DNA of 63,745 nucleotides, filler included, from Bigelowiella natans CCMP2755 (taxonomy: Eukaryota; Protista; Cercozoa), in the NCBI GenBank assembly GCA_000320545.1. It is 8 parts of 8 records of this genome, joined end to end, with 100 filler letters (N's around TTAATTAATTAA, not from the genome) between each part and the next. Parts side by side here need not be neighbours in the genome. Positions count along the whole stretch, not along the records: positions 38,779 to 53,173 come from ADNK01003049.1; 7 more parts are not named here. The stretch is one strand, 5' to 3'. The notes under the pieces were generated by a model. It saw only the letters and a list, made by a program, of their open reading frames with translations. It made no database searches and was not told where the DNA came from. Below are positions 39,069-51,694 of the stretch, piece after piece (position 1 is the first letter of the stretch; every line of letters begins with the position of its first letter). Made by a program: the position numbers and the translations under genes.

Positions 39069-39729
39069 TCTTATATCGTCGGCTGAAAGCGAAATGGGCT
39101 GCTCCATGAGAACCAGAGAGAGCACTTGCAGCAAGTGGTTCTGCATGATATCCCTGACGATGCCGTTTTGATCGAAGAACCCCAGCCGCCCATCCACGCC
39201 GAAGTTCTCCTTGAACTCGATATCGATCTTCTCGATGTGCAGCTGGCTCCACAGGGGCTCGAAGACGCGATTCGCGAAACGCAGAGTGATGAGGTTTTGG
39301 ACCTGCGTGGAGCACCGAGGAAGATAGATTTGGGAGGAGGAATGATTTAAGGCCCTTGCGAGGAATGTACCCGAAATGGTGTGAGCAAGTACTGCCACTA
39401 CTACCAATCGTAACAAGTAGCTATAAATCACCATTGGAGTGTTTAAATCTTACATAAATCATAAATGGTATTTACGTTGTAGTAGTAGCAGTAGTGGTAG
39501 TAGTAGCGGTAGCAGAAGTGGCGAAGAGAGTTGTAATGGTACTAGCATAAGTAGTTAGCTGCACTAAAATTGGCTGACGAAGTGAAGCGATCATTACCAG
39601 TTCTTTGCCGAGATAGTGGTCGATTCGGTACAGAGATTCCTCGTCCAGCATTGCGGAGAGCGACTCTGCAAGTTTTCCATACCTATTTTTACGAGGCGTA
39701 TCATAGCGATACTCAATTTTTTAAAACAC

Positions 39730-39768
<39 letters not shown>

Positions 39769-39797
39769 AAATAAATAAATAAATAAAAATATATATT

Positions 39798-39839
<42 letters not shown>

Positions 39840-40106
39840 TATGAAATAGCTCAACGTACGATTCACTGTCGCGACCAAACGGCTTCTCCACAATGACGCG
39901 CGTAAAGCCGTTGTCGGAGCGGCGGGGAATGGAGGTGATGGACTTCACACTGTCCACGAATACCGATGGTGGAATTGCTAAATAAAATACACTGGGGGGA
40001 GGGGAGGATCCATGTGGGTAAGCAACCCAAAAATTAAGTTGTCTTCACATCAGGGGCTAGCAGATGCTCAAACAAGATAATACTCTCCCATTCGCGTCCT
40101 ATGAAA

Positions 40107-40151
<45 letters not shown>

Positions 40152-41780
40152 CGCGCGTGTGTGTGCGTATGTCAGAGACGTTTTATACGGTGCTCACTAC
40201 ACGCAGTACCGTGAGGAGCATGGATGCAATCGTTCAAAGGATTCAAGTAGATAAGAGTCGAGCTCTGCGAAAGACTCGTTTGAGTCGTATTGGCCAGAGA
40301 AGTAGGAGCAGTGGCCGAGAAACTCGCCGATCTTAGCATCAAACGCATTGTGACTGGAGCAGCCCTCAGGCATCTTTATGTGCCTGCGCACTTTATCATA
40401 AAACGCGTCTCTGGACAAATCCTTCCTCGCAAAGCCCACCTGAGCGCCATTTTCATATCAAAATGAGCCCGGAGCGCCATTTTCATATCAAAATGAGCCC
40501 AAAAGTGAAAGTGATAATTGAAATAGTATGAAAAAGGAAGAATATATCGAGACGCATGGAATGAAAGATCTTTATGCAGTGGTGGACGGGTGCTTGTCGA
40601 AAGTAATGCTTTCTATCTTCCATCTCGCATGGATGAACGCATTGCATTTCCATATATTGATGTCTTAAGGAAGAGTTGCGTTGGCTCATCAGCGCCTTTG
40701 GCGCGTTCAGATGCAAAAGCTTTCATGGCTATTATTTTTGGTCGTTAAGGTATGCGTGCGTAGACGTACGATTGTGAAGTGCTTTGGGAGCAGGTTATGG
40801 TAGAAAAGAGAGAAGAGAGCTGGGAACGTCTTTTTCGAGGCCAGATCACCGGATGCTCCGAGGATAACAATACCTTCAATAATTGTGTTAAACACTACAC
40901 TCGCAACATCTAGACACTGTGCTGTGGCGATCTACTTTGTGTTGTTTTCGGTCTTTTTTTGGAAACGTGCTGGATTTCGAAAGCAGCAGCGTTGGTTTTT
41001 TGCGACTGAACTTACTTGTCGGCTGGATCTTCCCGAGAAGGCATGCCTGTGTTTGACTGGCCATGAGCGAATTCGACTCCTCATCTTCGAGCCAGTAGGG
41101 CGTTTCCCCGTCCTGGTCAGAAGCTCTGGCGCGGAATTTCGCAAGAATCGCTAGCAAGTTTTCATCCTTGAGGCCGAGTGCTTCATCGAGAGCCGACTTG
41201 CCTCTGCGGTCTTTGATTGTTGGGTCGCCTCCTGATAGGGTTTGTTGTTCAAATTTTAGACCGTGCACAGCAAGCTGCTACCGCTGTACGTCTACCAGAA
41301 ATGCATTCCACAGCACGCATACCTTCATCTATGAGCAGTTGCACGATGTCTGCTTGCTTCTCTGCAACCGCAATGTGAAGGGCTGTCCGATTATCATAGT
41401 CTTGGACGTTTACTGGTACCCCATCAGCCAACTGCTGAGTAACCTGATGTTAGCAGTGGCGACAAAGAGAAGTATGAGCGCAAGATAAGACAGGCGGATT
41501 AACAAAGAACCGTTTCTTCACGAACACTTAGCATCGTACCATTTATTTTTGAATAAATATGTAGTCGTTTGGGTGTGGGCATAGGTATTTGTCGCAGCCC
41601 AAAATGGCCACCTTTTCCTTGTCGCCCATGGAAACATGATAGAACAGTTCAGCTACCGCAGCCCACCAAAAACGCTGCTTCAGTGTAACATGTACCTGCG
41701 ATATTGGCATTGTGACTAAATGAAAAGAAAACCAGAAACATAGTCCATATGATATAAAAATAACAAATAATATAATATAC

Positions 41781-41837
<57 letters not shown>

Positions 41838-42421
41838 GTATATTAGCGTTTGTGCAGAGTGTGCTGTGTATGTTTAATATTCTAATCAAGTCTTTGAATA
41901 ACCTTTGAATGTATCTTTCGCGTTGGTCTGATATATGACATATCACCACTCGAACTAAATGCATCCTCTCTGTGAGAGCTGGGCCTTAGGTCACTCACGT
42001 GCGAGGCAAACTGCGAGCGGTAAAGACCGGAGAGGCTATGCGCATCTATCGGAGAAAGCAGCGACCTCTGACCTGTCATTCGGGAAAGTCTACCAGGTTG
42101 AACCCGTAAATTTACATCGACACGAGGGAAACGGGAAGCTGAGATACGACTAGGGGAAGATGAGACAGAAGCTGTTCTGGTGGGAAGACCAACGAAGAAG
42201 TGTGCTACCAGAACATACCTGAAATAATTATCATGAGGTAAGAGGTTATTAATTTCTAATACGTGTTCTATCTGTGAGATGATGTTTCCAAAGCAACACG
42301 ATGGCAATTTCGTATACCCTAACACCAAAGAGGAGATTACGCCATATATGCAGTAATTAGTCCTCGTCCGACTGCGCCCACATGCGTGATGGAGGGGGTA
42401 TCGAAGAGCATTTACTTCCAT
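39069..42421 (-). CDS. G6PD: Glucose-6-phosphate dehydrogenase with bipartite plastid leader and N-terminal ankyrin repeats; 3' part missing
   Basis: Exons give [77 protein letters not shown] and [15 protein letters not shown]. Upstream exons give [20 protein letters not shown]...[18 protein letters not shown] (ANK) and MEVNALRY...[20 protein letters not shown] plus an S/R-rich transit-like region. Confidence 0.93.
40442..40500. repeat. 29-bp tandem duplication at a G6PD intron acceptor
   Basis: gagcgccattttcatatcaaaatgagccc x2. Confidence 0.9.
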
Positions 42422-43017
42422 TATGATGAGAAGGATACTTCTCTGGCCTGTGTAGGATTGAGTGGTGAGAGAAATAGTTTTAGATGGTTTACAGGGATGC
42501 ATTCATTGTCCGGATTATTGCTCTCGTTTCGTTCATTTTGCCTCTCTGACCCTTTCTCTATCTCCTCCCTACATAGTCATGGTAGTGTCTGATGGTTCTG
42601 CGCTTGCAGCTGCAGTAGTGCTAAGTTCTCATGGCTTTTGCGTGACATGGAAAACCTTCGTTTTCTTCCTCGTATTCTCGAATAGATTTATCCTATTGCT
42701 GTCCGAATGAGAAGACCTTAAGGTTGCATGTTCGCTCAAGGGGGGTAGGGAAGAACCGTGAATTCTGTTTGGGGTTAGTGGTCTTTCCTGAGAAATTCAG
42801 AAGAAATGTGTTCCAATTCCATGGAAAAACTTCATGTTTTTGTTGTCGCATTAGGAAAAAGAGGCAATTTATGTATGCAGTTCTGGTTCATCTTCGGAAA
42901 AAAAAATGGACTCGACAAGCAGATTTGCGTCATAAAAAACTAATTTCTAGGTCAGTTTCTCAATACGACATCAGTTTATCGTGCAATTTAACAAAACAGG
43001 TACGGTGTTTTTACGAG

Positions 43018-43043
43018 CCTAACCCTAACCCTAACCCTAACCC
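43018..43043. repeat. Interstitial telomeric-type repeat (CCCTAA)4 / telo-box-like
   Basis: cctaaccctaaccctaaccctaaccc, lying between the divergent G6PD and 6PGD starts. Confidence 0.8.
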
Positions 43044-43945
43044 CTCCTTGCACAGGTTCTAAATGGTGCACCACGAACATCTAAAGCCATTGTGATCTCG
43101 TCACGAATTTCAATTAATGCCGGTACAATTCGGGGCCCCGTAAAGAACGAAGGTGATTTTCTAACAACGAACACAAAAAACTTTTGAAATTTCCGTGCAG
43201 CAGTCTTTCGTGAACAGATCGCATTTCTATTGTAAGACTAACGACGTCGATCTTGTTTTGTCGCACAGAAACAAAGCCCTGGTCTGATCCTATCTGCTCC
43301 GACTACGTGGTTATTTGTATCCTTCTCGACTGCCACACAGTGGCGAAGGTAATTTTGGTAAATATTCTTTTCTTTTTACCGGAGAAATGTCAGGTAACGC
43401 TTCGAAGATCCAGTCGAAATACGGCATGTGATTTTTTCTGAAGTCATGATCGGATTCTTGACGCAGATGATATTCTACCGTAATGTTAGAACAAACAAAA
43501 ATTTGTCTGGGGATTCCTCAGTCATTATCCGATTATGTCTAATGGAAAGTACGCGAAATTCCATTTTCGTCTATCTAAAACTTTCGAAAAAGTGGGGAAT
43601 TTTGAGTAGTTTTCGGCCATTTATGTTGTCGCAGGAGGATGTAGTAGAATGCAAGTTGTCAAAACTCGAATTGGGCAAGGCTTCCGGTCTTTACGAATAC
43701 CCACCCCCCCCTCCTCCCACAACTAATGCTATCTCTTGAAATTGTTTTTTGGACCTAATAGTCTTTATTGTTCATTTCTACACTTGTCATTTGGTGCGTA
43801 TATGTGTAATGTCGTTATCACTCGAGTTTTCCCGAGAGGGCTTGTTTGCGTGATGAGTGTCTTGTCTGCGGCGGTACCATAGCACTCTCGAGCGATTATA
43901 AATTTCTCCTTTCATGCGTGCATTTAGGGCGATATATTTGAGCGG

Positions 43946-46900
43946 ATGTACTCAGAGTTTCATTCCTCACCTTCCATCCGTGGCCCCCGGGCTACCATGG
44001 TTATGCGGAGTCTTGCGTGGATGGTTGGCTCTCTCGCAATTTCGTTTGTTGCACTTCGTTACTCTGTTGGCCCCCTCTTCACGAGCAACATCAAAGCTGT
44101 GTTTATCCCGAATACGAAAGGTACGACAACTTGTTGTTTCCAATCCTTGGTTCTAACCCCCTACTGTGCGAAGATGGCACTGCAGAAACCGTGCTATACT
44201 TGTACATCTGCAATATTTCATCTTCCCTACGCTATTAACCTTTGGCTACGATAGGTTTCACCGCAGCCATACCCGCCACAGTCAGAAATACTCTTGTGGG
44301 ACCCCCCTCGTCCCGCAGATCATCAATGCTCAGAAAAGTCGAGAGAGGCAGGCAAGCTAGTCGCAACTTTCGCGGCGAGTCTCCCTTCATAGCACGAGCT
44401 GCGGAGCCGACATCTGACATCGGAGTCTACGGTCTAGGCACTATGGGACAGAATTTGGTGATTATTAGTTCCCCCCCCCCTCGTTATAGATTTGCCGAAG
44501 TAGTGTGTATGGTTTGTTGCATCGTTTTCCAAAAGTTCTATTTGCCACGTTCGATGTCTCTTCGTCCTGCCCCCCCCCCCTTCTCTCTCAGTAACGGCAT
44601 CATGTATCCGCATTTTTCGTATGGTTTCTTCCTAAACTGTTATAATTACAAAATCTTATGCTATCTTCTCCAACGATTGCAATATTACAAAACTAGGCGT
44701 TGAACATCGCATCCAAAGACTTCAAGGTACACGGTCGTATGGCATATCTTCGAGACCAACATCTAGATTTCCATTAGAACAGAGCCATTACCCTAGCTAA
44801 TTAATCAAAAAACGTATATTATACACCTTTTCCGTTGTCAAACTCTATACAAGCAAGTTATCTATCGTTTCCTGCCATGGCTCGTTCTTTGCGCGCCAAA
44901 TCGTTGTTATATACTGCACCGTCGTCAAGATTTCTTCCCACCTCATTGAGAAGTGTTGTTTGGGTCAGCTATATAAAGCATCCACCCGCATATGTAGTAA
45001 CTAGCTTCGCCTCTATCCTCCCAACAAATGCAGGTCTCCGTCCACAACCGTTCCCCAGGCAAAGTGGAAGATACAGAGCAAAGAGCAAAGCTAGAGGGGC
45101 TCGAGGAGAACCTGGTTGGATGATGATTTTTAATCACTGCTTCATCGGTCTAATTTTGTACTGAATATCCACCCGAAATCCGAAATATCCGTCGAGTATT
45201 GCGGCGCATACAGCTTTAGATGTTTTTCTGGTCTACACCTGAATCATCGTTCTCTGGTCAGAATGCGTACCGTGATATGAAGGACTTTGTGAGCTCACTC
45301 AAGCCCCCAAGACGAATCGTACGCTGCCCACCTGCAACGAGCAAATAGCTAGAGCATCAATAAATCTGTTTTTGTAGAGAGACTCACATTCACGTCCGAA
45401 ATCAGACCAGAAAAATCTAAAAGCCTCCTGCTAGTGCTGTGTGCTTGCCATGTTGGTGTTGTATTCCAATAACGAATTGGCCAAATTGCGTTGTCGTCTC
45501 TCTCACAAACGCTGTCGAATATATTGTCTCGAAAGGTGATGCTAGTAAAAGCTGGAGCGCCAGTTGACGCTGCGATTGACCAGTAATGGATCAGTTTACT
45601 TCGTGCCTTTCGATATAAGAACGTCTTTAGTAGTAGTAGTAGTAGTAGTAGTAGTAAGTAGTGTGAATAATACTCTCAGCTATCCCACAAAATCCCACTT
45701 TCTATGATTGAAGTTGCGGTTTCCATTTGTTTGTAGATTTTCAGAGGTCTTGCAGCCGGGGGACGTGCTGATTGATGGAGGTTGTGCCTTACTCTTTTTG
45801 TTCGTCAATAGTTTTCAAGTACACACTTTCTGAACACAAACCTACAAAGGATTTCTCTCAATAAAGATATTCAACACAAACCTACAAAGGCTTTCTCTTA
45901 ATAAAGATATTCGACAAAATGCGTTGTGTGTGTGAGAGAGTGTTTGTTAGTGTATGGTGTAATATAGCGTCACCAAAGCCACTAACTATCATCGTCTTAA
46001 ACAGGAAACGAGTGGTATGAGAAGACAGATGAAAGGGCCGAGCGGCTGAAACAAAAGCAGCTCAATACATCGGAATGGGTTGTATCAACACATAAACATT
46101 GTACTTTCCTCCACCCCCCCCCCCCCGGGACGAAACGATTTTTTCCTCTCTTTCTCCCCCCCCCCCCTCTCTCTTTCTTCCCGTTTGCACTCCGTATGGA
46201 TGTATGCGTTTTCTGATGTGTGTGTGTGTGTGTGTGTGTGTGTTTTGCCTTTGCCTTTCACAAATCCAAACAGGAATAAGTGGCGGTTCGGATGGCGCGC
46301 GATATGGCCCGAGTACTATCGACAATAATGATCTTATCACGACTCCTCTACAGATTAACGCTTTATTTATTTCTTTCAAAAACACTGCTGCTCTGGTATT
46401 GGCGAGCACGCCATTTGCAATATGTTCATACGTACAAACTCCCTATCGCTTCTAACCCTCCCCCCATTATGACACGCCGCCACAACACGCAGGCATGATG
46501 CCTGGAGGTGACAAGGACGTCTATGACCACCACATCAAGCCTATAGTAGAAACGATTGCGGCACAGGTAGACAAAGACGCGGTAGTATGTCAATGAACCT
46601 GTGTGAAGGGAAGAAGACTATAGAAGAGACAAAGCCTTTTCTGCAGTTTCGTCCTCCTACCCTGTTTTTCTCTATTTTTTAGCGATATGGCCCTGACTCT
46701 GGTTGCCTGCTACCATAGGTAGGTGATGGGGCTTGTGTCACGTACATCGGGCCTGGAGGCTCCGGGAACTACGTCAAGATGGTGCACAACGGCATTGAAT
46801 ATGGGGACATGCAGCTCATCGCTGAAGGTAGGAGGCAGCGTGCGTTTGACTCAGGAATCATACTTAGTTGGTTTTGGCGTGTGACGATGTTGGTGATTGA

Positions 46901-47942
46901 GATAATGTAGTAGGTAGGTTAAAGGCCTTTCTGCGTTTATCTCTCTCGTCACATTCACGTTAATTCGAACCTTCCTTGTTTCTCCCCCCCCCCCTTCACC
47001 TCCCTTTCGCTTTTCCAACTCTCCCGACTATATCTTCTACCATTAAGCTTATGATCTGCTGAAAAATGTCGGCGGGCTTTCGAATGGGGAGATTGCGACT
47101 GTTTTTGACACCTGGCAGAAGGGGCCTTTGTCCTCCTTTCTTGTCGAGCTTACAGGTAAGATAAGATATCATTGGAAATAACAGATCTCAAGGTCGTTGG
47201 TTTGTTTTGCGCTTGTCGTTCTCAGCGAATGTGCTTCTGAAAGAGGACGATGAGGCTGCTGGTGGAGGGGGGCAGCTCGTCGATAAGATTCTTGATAAGA
47301 CCGGCATGAAAGGAACTGGGTATATGTGTGCGTGTGTGAGTGTGTGTTTGCACATGGCAGTAGTATCTTAACAGCAGTAGTCAAAGTGGCGGCGGCAGCA
47401 GCAGCCAGCATGTACAAAGGAATTTAGAAAAACATAATTTTACGATAACTATCGGCCACACGGCATAGAAGGAATAACGGTCTGTTTCAGCTTTTCGATC
47501 GATCAATTCATATTGTGTTCTTACCCTCCCCTGTATGGAACTGCCTGCATCTTTGGACACTGACGAACGCTTGCTTCATTGGGGTGGGTGCCAGGAAATG
47601 GACGGTTATCGATGCCTTGGAGCTTGGTGTCCCTGTTCCAACCATAGCAAGTGCCTTCGACTCGAGGCTGATATCAGGGTGAGAGCTGTTTTACAATGAC
47701 TAAACAAAAGCAACACAGGCAAACGACACTGCTTTCCCCCCACGAAATTTCGTCGATTTATCTGGGATCTACTAGGTTGAAGGACCAACGCGTGAAGACC
47801 GCAGGCGTATTGAAGAGGCCGAATTCAGCCGCAAGCACCATGGGGGACGGCATTAGTAAAGCCGATCTTGTGGATATGATCGAGCAGGTTGGGAAGGCAA
47901 TTCAAAGGAATGTCAAATGTTCACAGCCGAAGACAGTCTATG

Positions 47943-48007
<65 letters not shown>

Positions 48008-48880
48008 GTTCTTGTGCACACGATGTTTACTCGCATTTGGTTGAATATGGCCTCTTATTTGTGACAACATAGGCGCTTCTTGCATCTAAGATCGTTGCAT
48101 ATGCACAGGGCATGAGGTCTTTCATTCACACACAACATACGCATAGAGAGAAATAGAGAGAGAAGGAGGGGGAGGAGGGGAGAAAGGCATACACCTGGGT
48201 AGTACCATGTAAATCTTCTGTGATATTTATCAAATGAGCTTCATCAATCTTGCCAATTGCAAACATTTCTGTAAAACGCAGCAATCAATCCTCGCAATCA
48301 ACATACCCATCTTCACAATTGTTCCCATCCCTCCCCCAGCATTCTCACGAAGGCTAGTGCGGAGCGTAACTGGGACTTAGACTTGGCCGAAATCGCCCGC
48401 ATCTGGAAAGGAGGGTGCATCATCCGCGCCTCCCTTTTGGACCAGATACAGGCAGCTTTTACACGGGACAATAACCTAGCGAATCTACTCCTCGATCCCG
48501 AGCTTGCGACCATGGTTCTTGGCGCGGACAGCGCGTGGAGGAAAGTAGTGGCAATGGCCTCAGAAAGAGGTTTTCCACACAAGAAATAGCTGTAGGAATC
48601 GTTTGCCAGCTTCGTCCTCCCCTCCCCCCCCCCTCCCCTATAGTACTATAGTGATTGATGCTCGGTTTCGACAAGAATGTAGTCCTGATTTTTCCCTTCA
48701 GGAATTGGAATACCTGCCATGTCGGCCAGTCTCGGGTACTATGACTCTATGCGAAGAGAGCGGCTTCCTGCAAACCTAGTGCAAGCGCAAAGAGATGCCT
48801 TTGGGGCGCATGGATATGAGCGGGTGGACATGCCGGGAACGTTCAATTCCGACTGGACGACTACCACTTCACAATCTTAA
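43946..48880 (+). CDS. gnd: 6-phosphogluconate dehydrogenase (decarboxylating) with bipartite plastid leader, multi-exon
   Basis: Leader MYSEF...[22 protein letters not shown] plus an R/S-rich segment. Then [91 protein letters not shown] and [20 protein letters not shown]. Stop TAA 48878-48880. Confidence 0.96.
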
Positions 48881-49373
48881 GAAACCATCGCCTTAGACCA
48901 TTAGCAAAACAGAGAAGATTACGTACTGGGTATTATTAGTGCTGGCGCCTGACTCTTAACAGTTGCAGCGTAGAAATGAATGTGCCGCTGCATGTTATCT
49001 ATCATCAACGAAGTCGTATTTGACATTGTTTCTACACCTATCCGAAAAACATACCCGTCGGTCATGGTTGTCCGATGAAGTTTGTTGCGCGCTGGTTGTA
49101 CATCGAGGCCGGTGCTCAAGAATTGTGATCATTGCACATAAATGCACAGTATATGCCGTCATCTAGTGAGATAGGCAGGAGCCATCATCAAACTCACTGC
49201 ACATGTGCATGCATTAACGAATCAATTACATGCTGCAACGTTGCCTCTTTGCTATTTATGATCGTAATAATGATTGGAATCATTATAATCATTGCACTTA
49301 ACATGCACAATATGTAATGCCATTTATCTAGGTATGAAAAGTTCAACACTGTAAATCATAGCACGAGCTCGCT

Positions 49374-50192
49374 TTAGATTCCATTGCCTTGTTGGCTAGT
49401 GTTCTCTTGTTCGGTTGATGTCGCAGTCGACTTAGGGATATCGATGCTAAGTCTTCCGTCAGCAAGTTCTGCCTTCACCTTATCTACCTCTGCGTTCGAG
49501 GGGAGTGTGAAGGACCGGGTGAAGCTTTGCGTAGAGTAACTGCTGCCAGATTTATGCTCCGATTTCCCCTCAATTTGCATGGTATTGCCTCTCACCGAGC
49601 ACTTAACGTCCCCAAAGGCGTTATCAAGTGTGTAAACGTATCGATTCGTTTCCTCGTTTTTCTGCAATAAAGAGGGAGAGGTGACCGGTACGGTAAACCA
49701 TTCGTCTGAGAAGTGCTTTGAGAAAATATCCAACTTTCTTTGATCTAAAGCTGGTTTGCCCTTTGGTGTCGCATCAGATGATGCTTTTCCTTCACCCACG
49801 CTCGCACCGTTGTCTTTCAAAGATCGCTGTGGGGAGTGCTTCGCATCCGAGGTAGAATGCTTTGTATCGGACATAGTCATTTTGATGTTTTTCGGTGATT
49901 GTTTCTTATCACCATCAATCACACTTTTGGCCGAAGGAGGTGCCGGGGTCGCTTCGTTGCTGATCGGGATTTCCACCGTTTTCTGGGCCTCTCCGTGAAA
50001 TCTAATCAAAGGCCTCGAGAGTCTCGCTCTTCTCGTCTCCCTCGACATGGATTCGAATGCTTCTAAGAAGTCATTTACATCATCGTCGAAGAGCTGAAAG
50101 GCAGGAAAGACGTGGCCATGTCGTCCAAACCCTGGCCGCAGAAGAGACATAGCGGCTGTTGTGTAGTGGCGAGGGCTGCGGAAGATCATCAT
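49374..50192 (-). CDS. Small heat-shock protein (Hsp20/alpha-crystallin domain), intronless
   Basis: C-terminal DVKCSVRGNTMQIEGK...SFTRSFTLPSNAEVDKVKAELADGRLSIDIPK alpha-crystallin motif; long variable N-terminus. Confidence 0.9.
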   Translation of the reverse strand: MMIFRSPRHYTTAAMSLLRPGFGRHGHVFPAFQLFDDDVNDFLEAFESMSRETRRARLSRPLIRFHGEAQKTVEIPISNEATPAPPSAKSVIDGDKKQSPKNIKMTMSDTKHSTSDAKHSPQRSLKDNGASVGEGKASSDATPKGKPALDQRKLDIFSKHFSDEWFTVPVTSPSLLQKNEETNRYVYTLDNAFGDVKCSVRGNTMQIEGKSEHKSGSSYSTQSFTRSFTLPSNAEVDKVKAELADGRLSIDIPKSTATSTEQENTSQQGNGI

Positions 50193-50458
50193 GGGTAGAG
50201 TAGCTTATTCTTTTTGAGTTGCTGTGCAATGGATCGTTTGGGGCGTTTGAGTTTTGGTGACAAAGACGTGAGTTACCCCGCCCCTCCTGTGTGCCTTTCT
50301 GCTCGGCTCTCGGGACGCGTTCCGGTCCTCTTCGGGAATGATTCCAGATTTTCTCGGCCACCCCAGAAGCGCCGACTATTGGGGTTTTGACGTACCGAAC
50401 GGAATTCGATGAGGACGCAGAGGTCAAACCCCAGCCGTTTGGAGCTAAGAGTGTACGA

Positions 50459-50488
50459 ATTCGGGAGCATTCCAGAACCTTCTCGAGG
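50459..50488. promoter_or_regulatory. Heat-shock element array (6 alternating nGAAn units)
   Basis: TTC(50460)-GAG(50465)-TTC(50470)-GAA(50475)-TTC(50480)-GAG(50485) in exact 5-bp phase, ~270 bp upstream of Hsp20. A weaker array lies at 50331-50353. Confidence 0.8.
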
Positions 50489-50578
50489 CCTCTTTTTTTG
50501 GAGGGAAAATATGTTTGTATTAATAACTGCGACAAGGTCCTGATAGTTGTCGCTCATACGGTATCGCTCTAGGCGAGG

Positions 50579-51660
50579 ATGTCTACCAGGGAGTGCTATG
50601 TCCTCCCCTCTCCTGGGAGCACGGACAAGCCTGAGAAGCTTCCTGCCGCAGTCTTTGATTCGGTCTTTCACGCGTTTCGGCCTTGCTCTATGACGATCAA
50701 ATTTGGGTGTTCTTGACGGATTCTGTGATTATAGGTGCTTCCAGAAGCGTTGTTCCGTAGATTGAAGGTACGATTTCCTGCTTTCCGACGAATGGTTGCA
50801 TAATTGAGTCAGTAGTCCTCTTGTTCGGTGTGTGGGCTATACCAAGTCACCTTTCTTTCGCCTCATTGACATTTATTCTCCGCCTCGTTTCAGGAAGACT
50901 TCATTGACGTCGTGGATTACAGTGAACCTCCTCCAGAGAACGAAAACGCATTCGTTACTGGTAAGCGAGCTCTCATGAGATTATTATAACAGCTTCCAAT
51001 GCATACTGTCGAAATTGTGCAAGTATTGGTCGATGGGGGAAGGAGCTCTATATGATTTTGGCGGCTACTCTTCCAAATCCCAGACTGAATCTTCGTGTTT
51101 TCCTTATATCATTATCCAGGTACCTATTGGTACTCATTGTCTTCTAATAAGAAAGGCGATGAAAATGGCGGTATTTGTACAGAGCAAAGACACGAGAATA
51201 AGAATCCCTACTCGAGTAGAGGCGATGAGGAAGGGGAAAGGGATGATAGTGGCAAATTGAAACATCGGCTGCATAAAAACGCTGTAGAGTTGGCTATTGA
51301 ATACATCACGAAGTCTCTTGGGAACAAGTAAGAACGACGGAACGTTTCATCTGATGAATGCGTTGTACATAAGCGTTAAAACTATGCAGCGCAGATGAAA
51401 CAACCTTGAATAAAACACCAATGCCTCATAGCGAAAGGAGATGCTTACACTGTATATTATGTTTAATACGTATAACTTTTTAGGGATAAGGGACTTGCGT
51501 CCATCATGGAAAAATGTAAGAATGCTAATTGCATAGCATCGTTGATTTTGTCTATCGTTAGCCGATTTGAGCGCACATATTTTTGTCCGGGTGACCAATG
51601 CCTTCATCGGCACTATTTTCTCTTTAGCGAAAGCCTCTGCCATTCTTTAATTAACACCAC

Positions 51661-51694
<34 letters not shown>

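Noticed and set aside
43018-43043. Chromosome end
   Set aside because: Only four units and internal to a contig.
50630-50760. Additional HSE-like GAAnnTTC words
   Set aside because: They fall within predicted coding exons of the oxygenase-like gene and have only two units.
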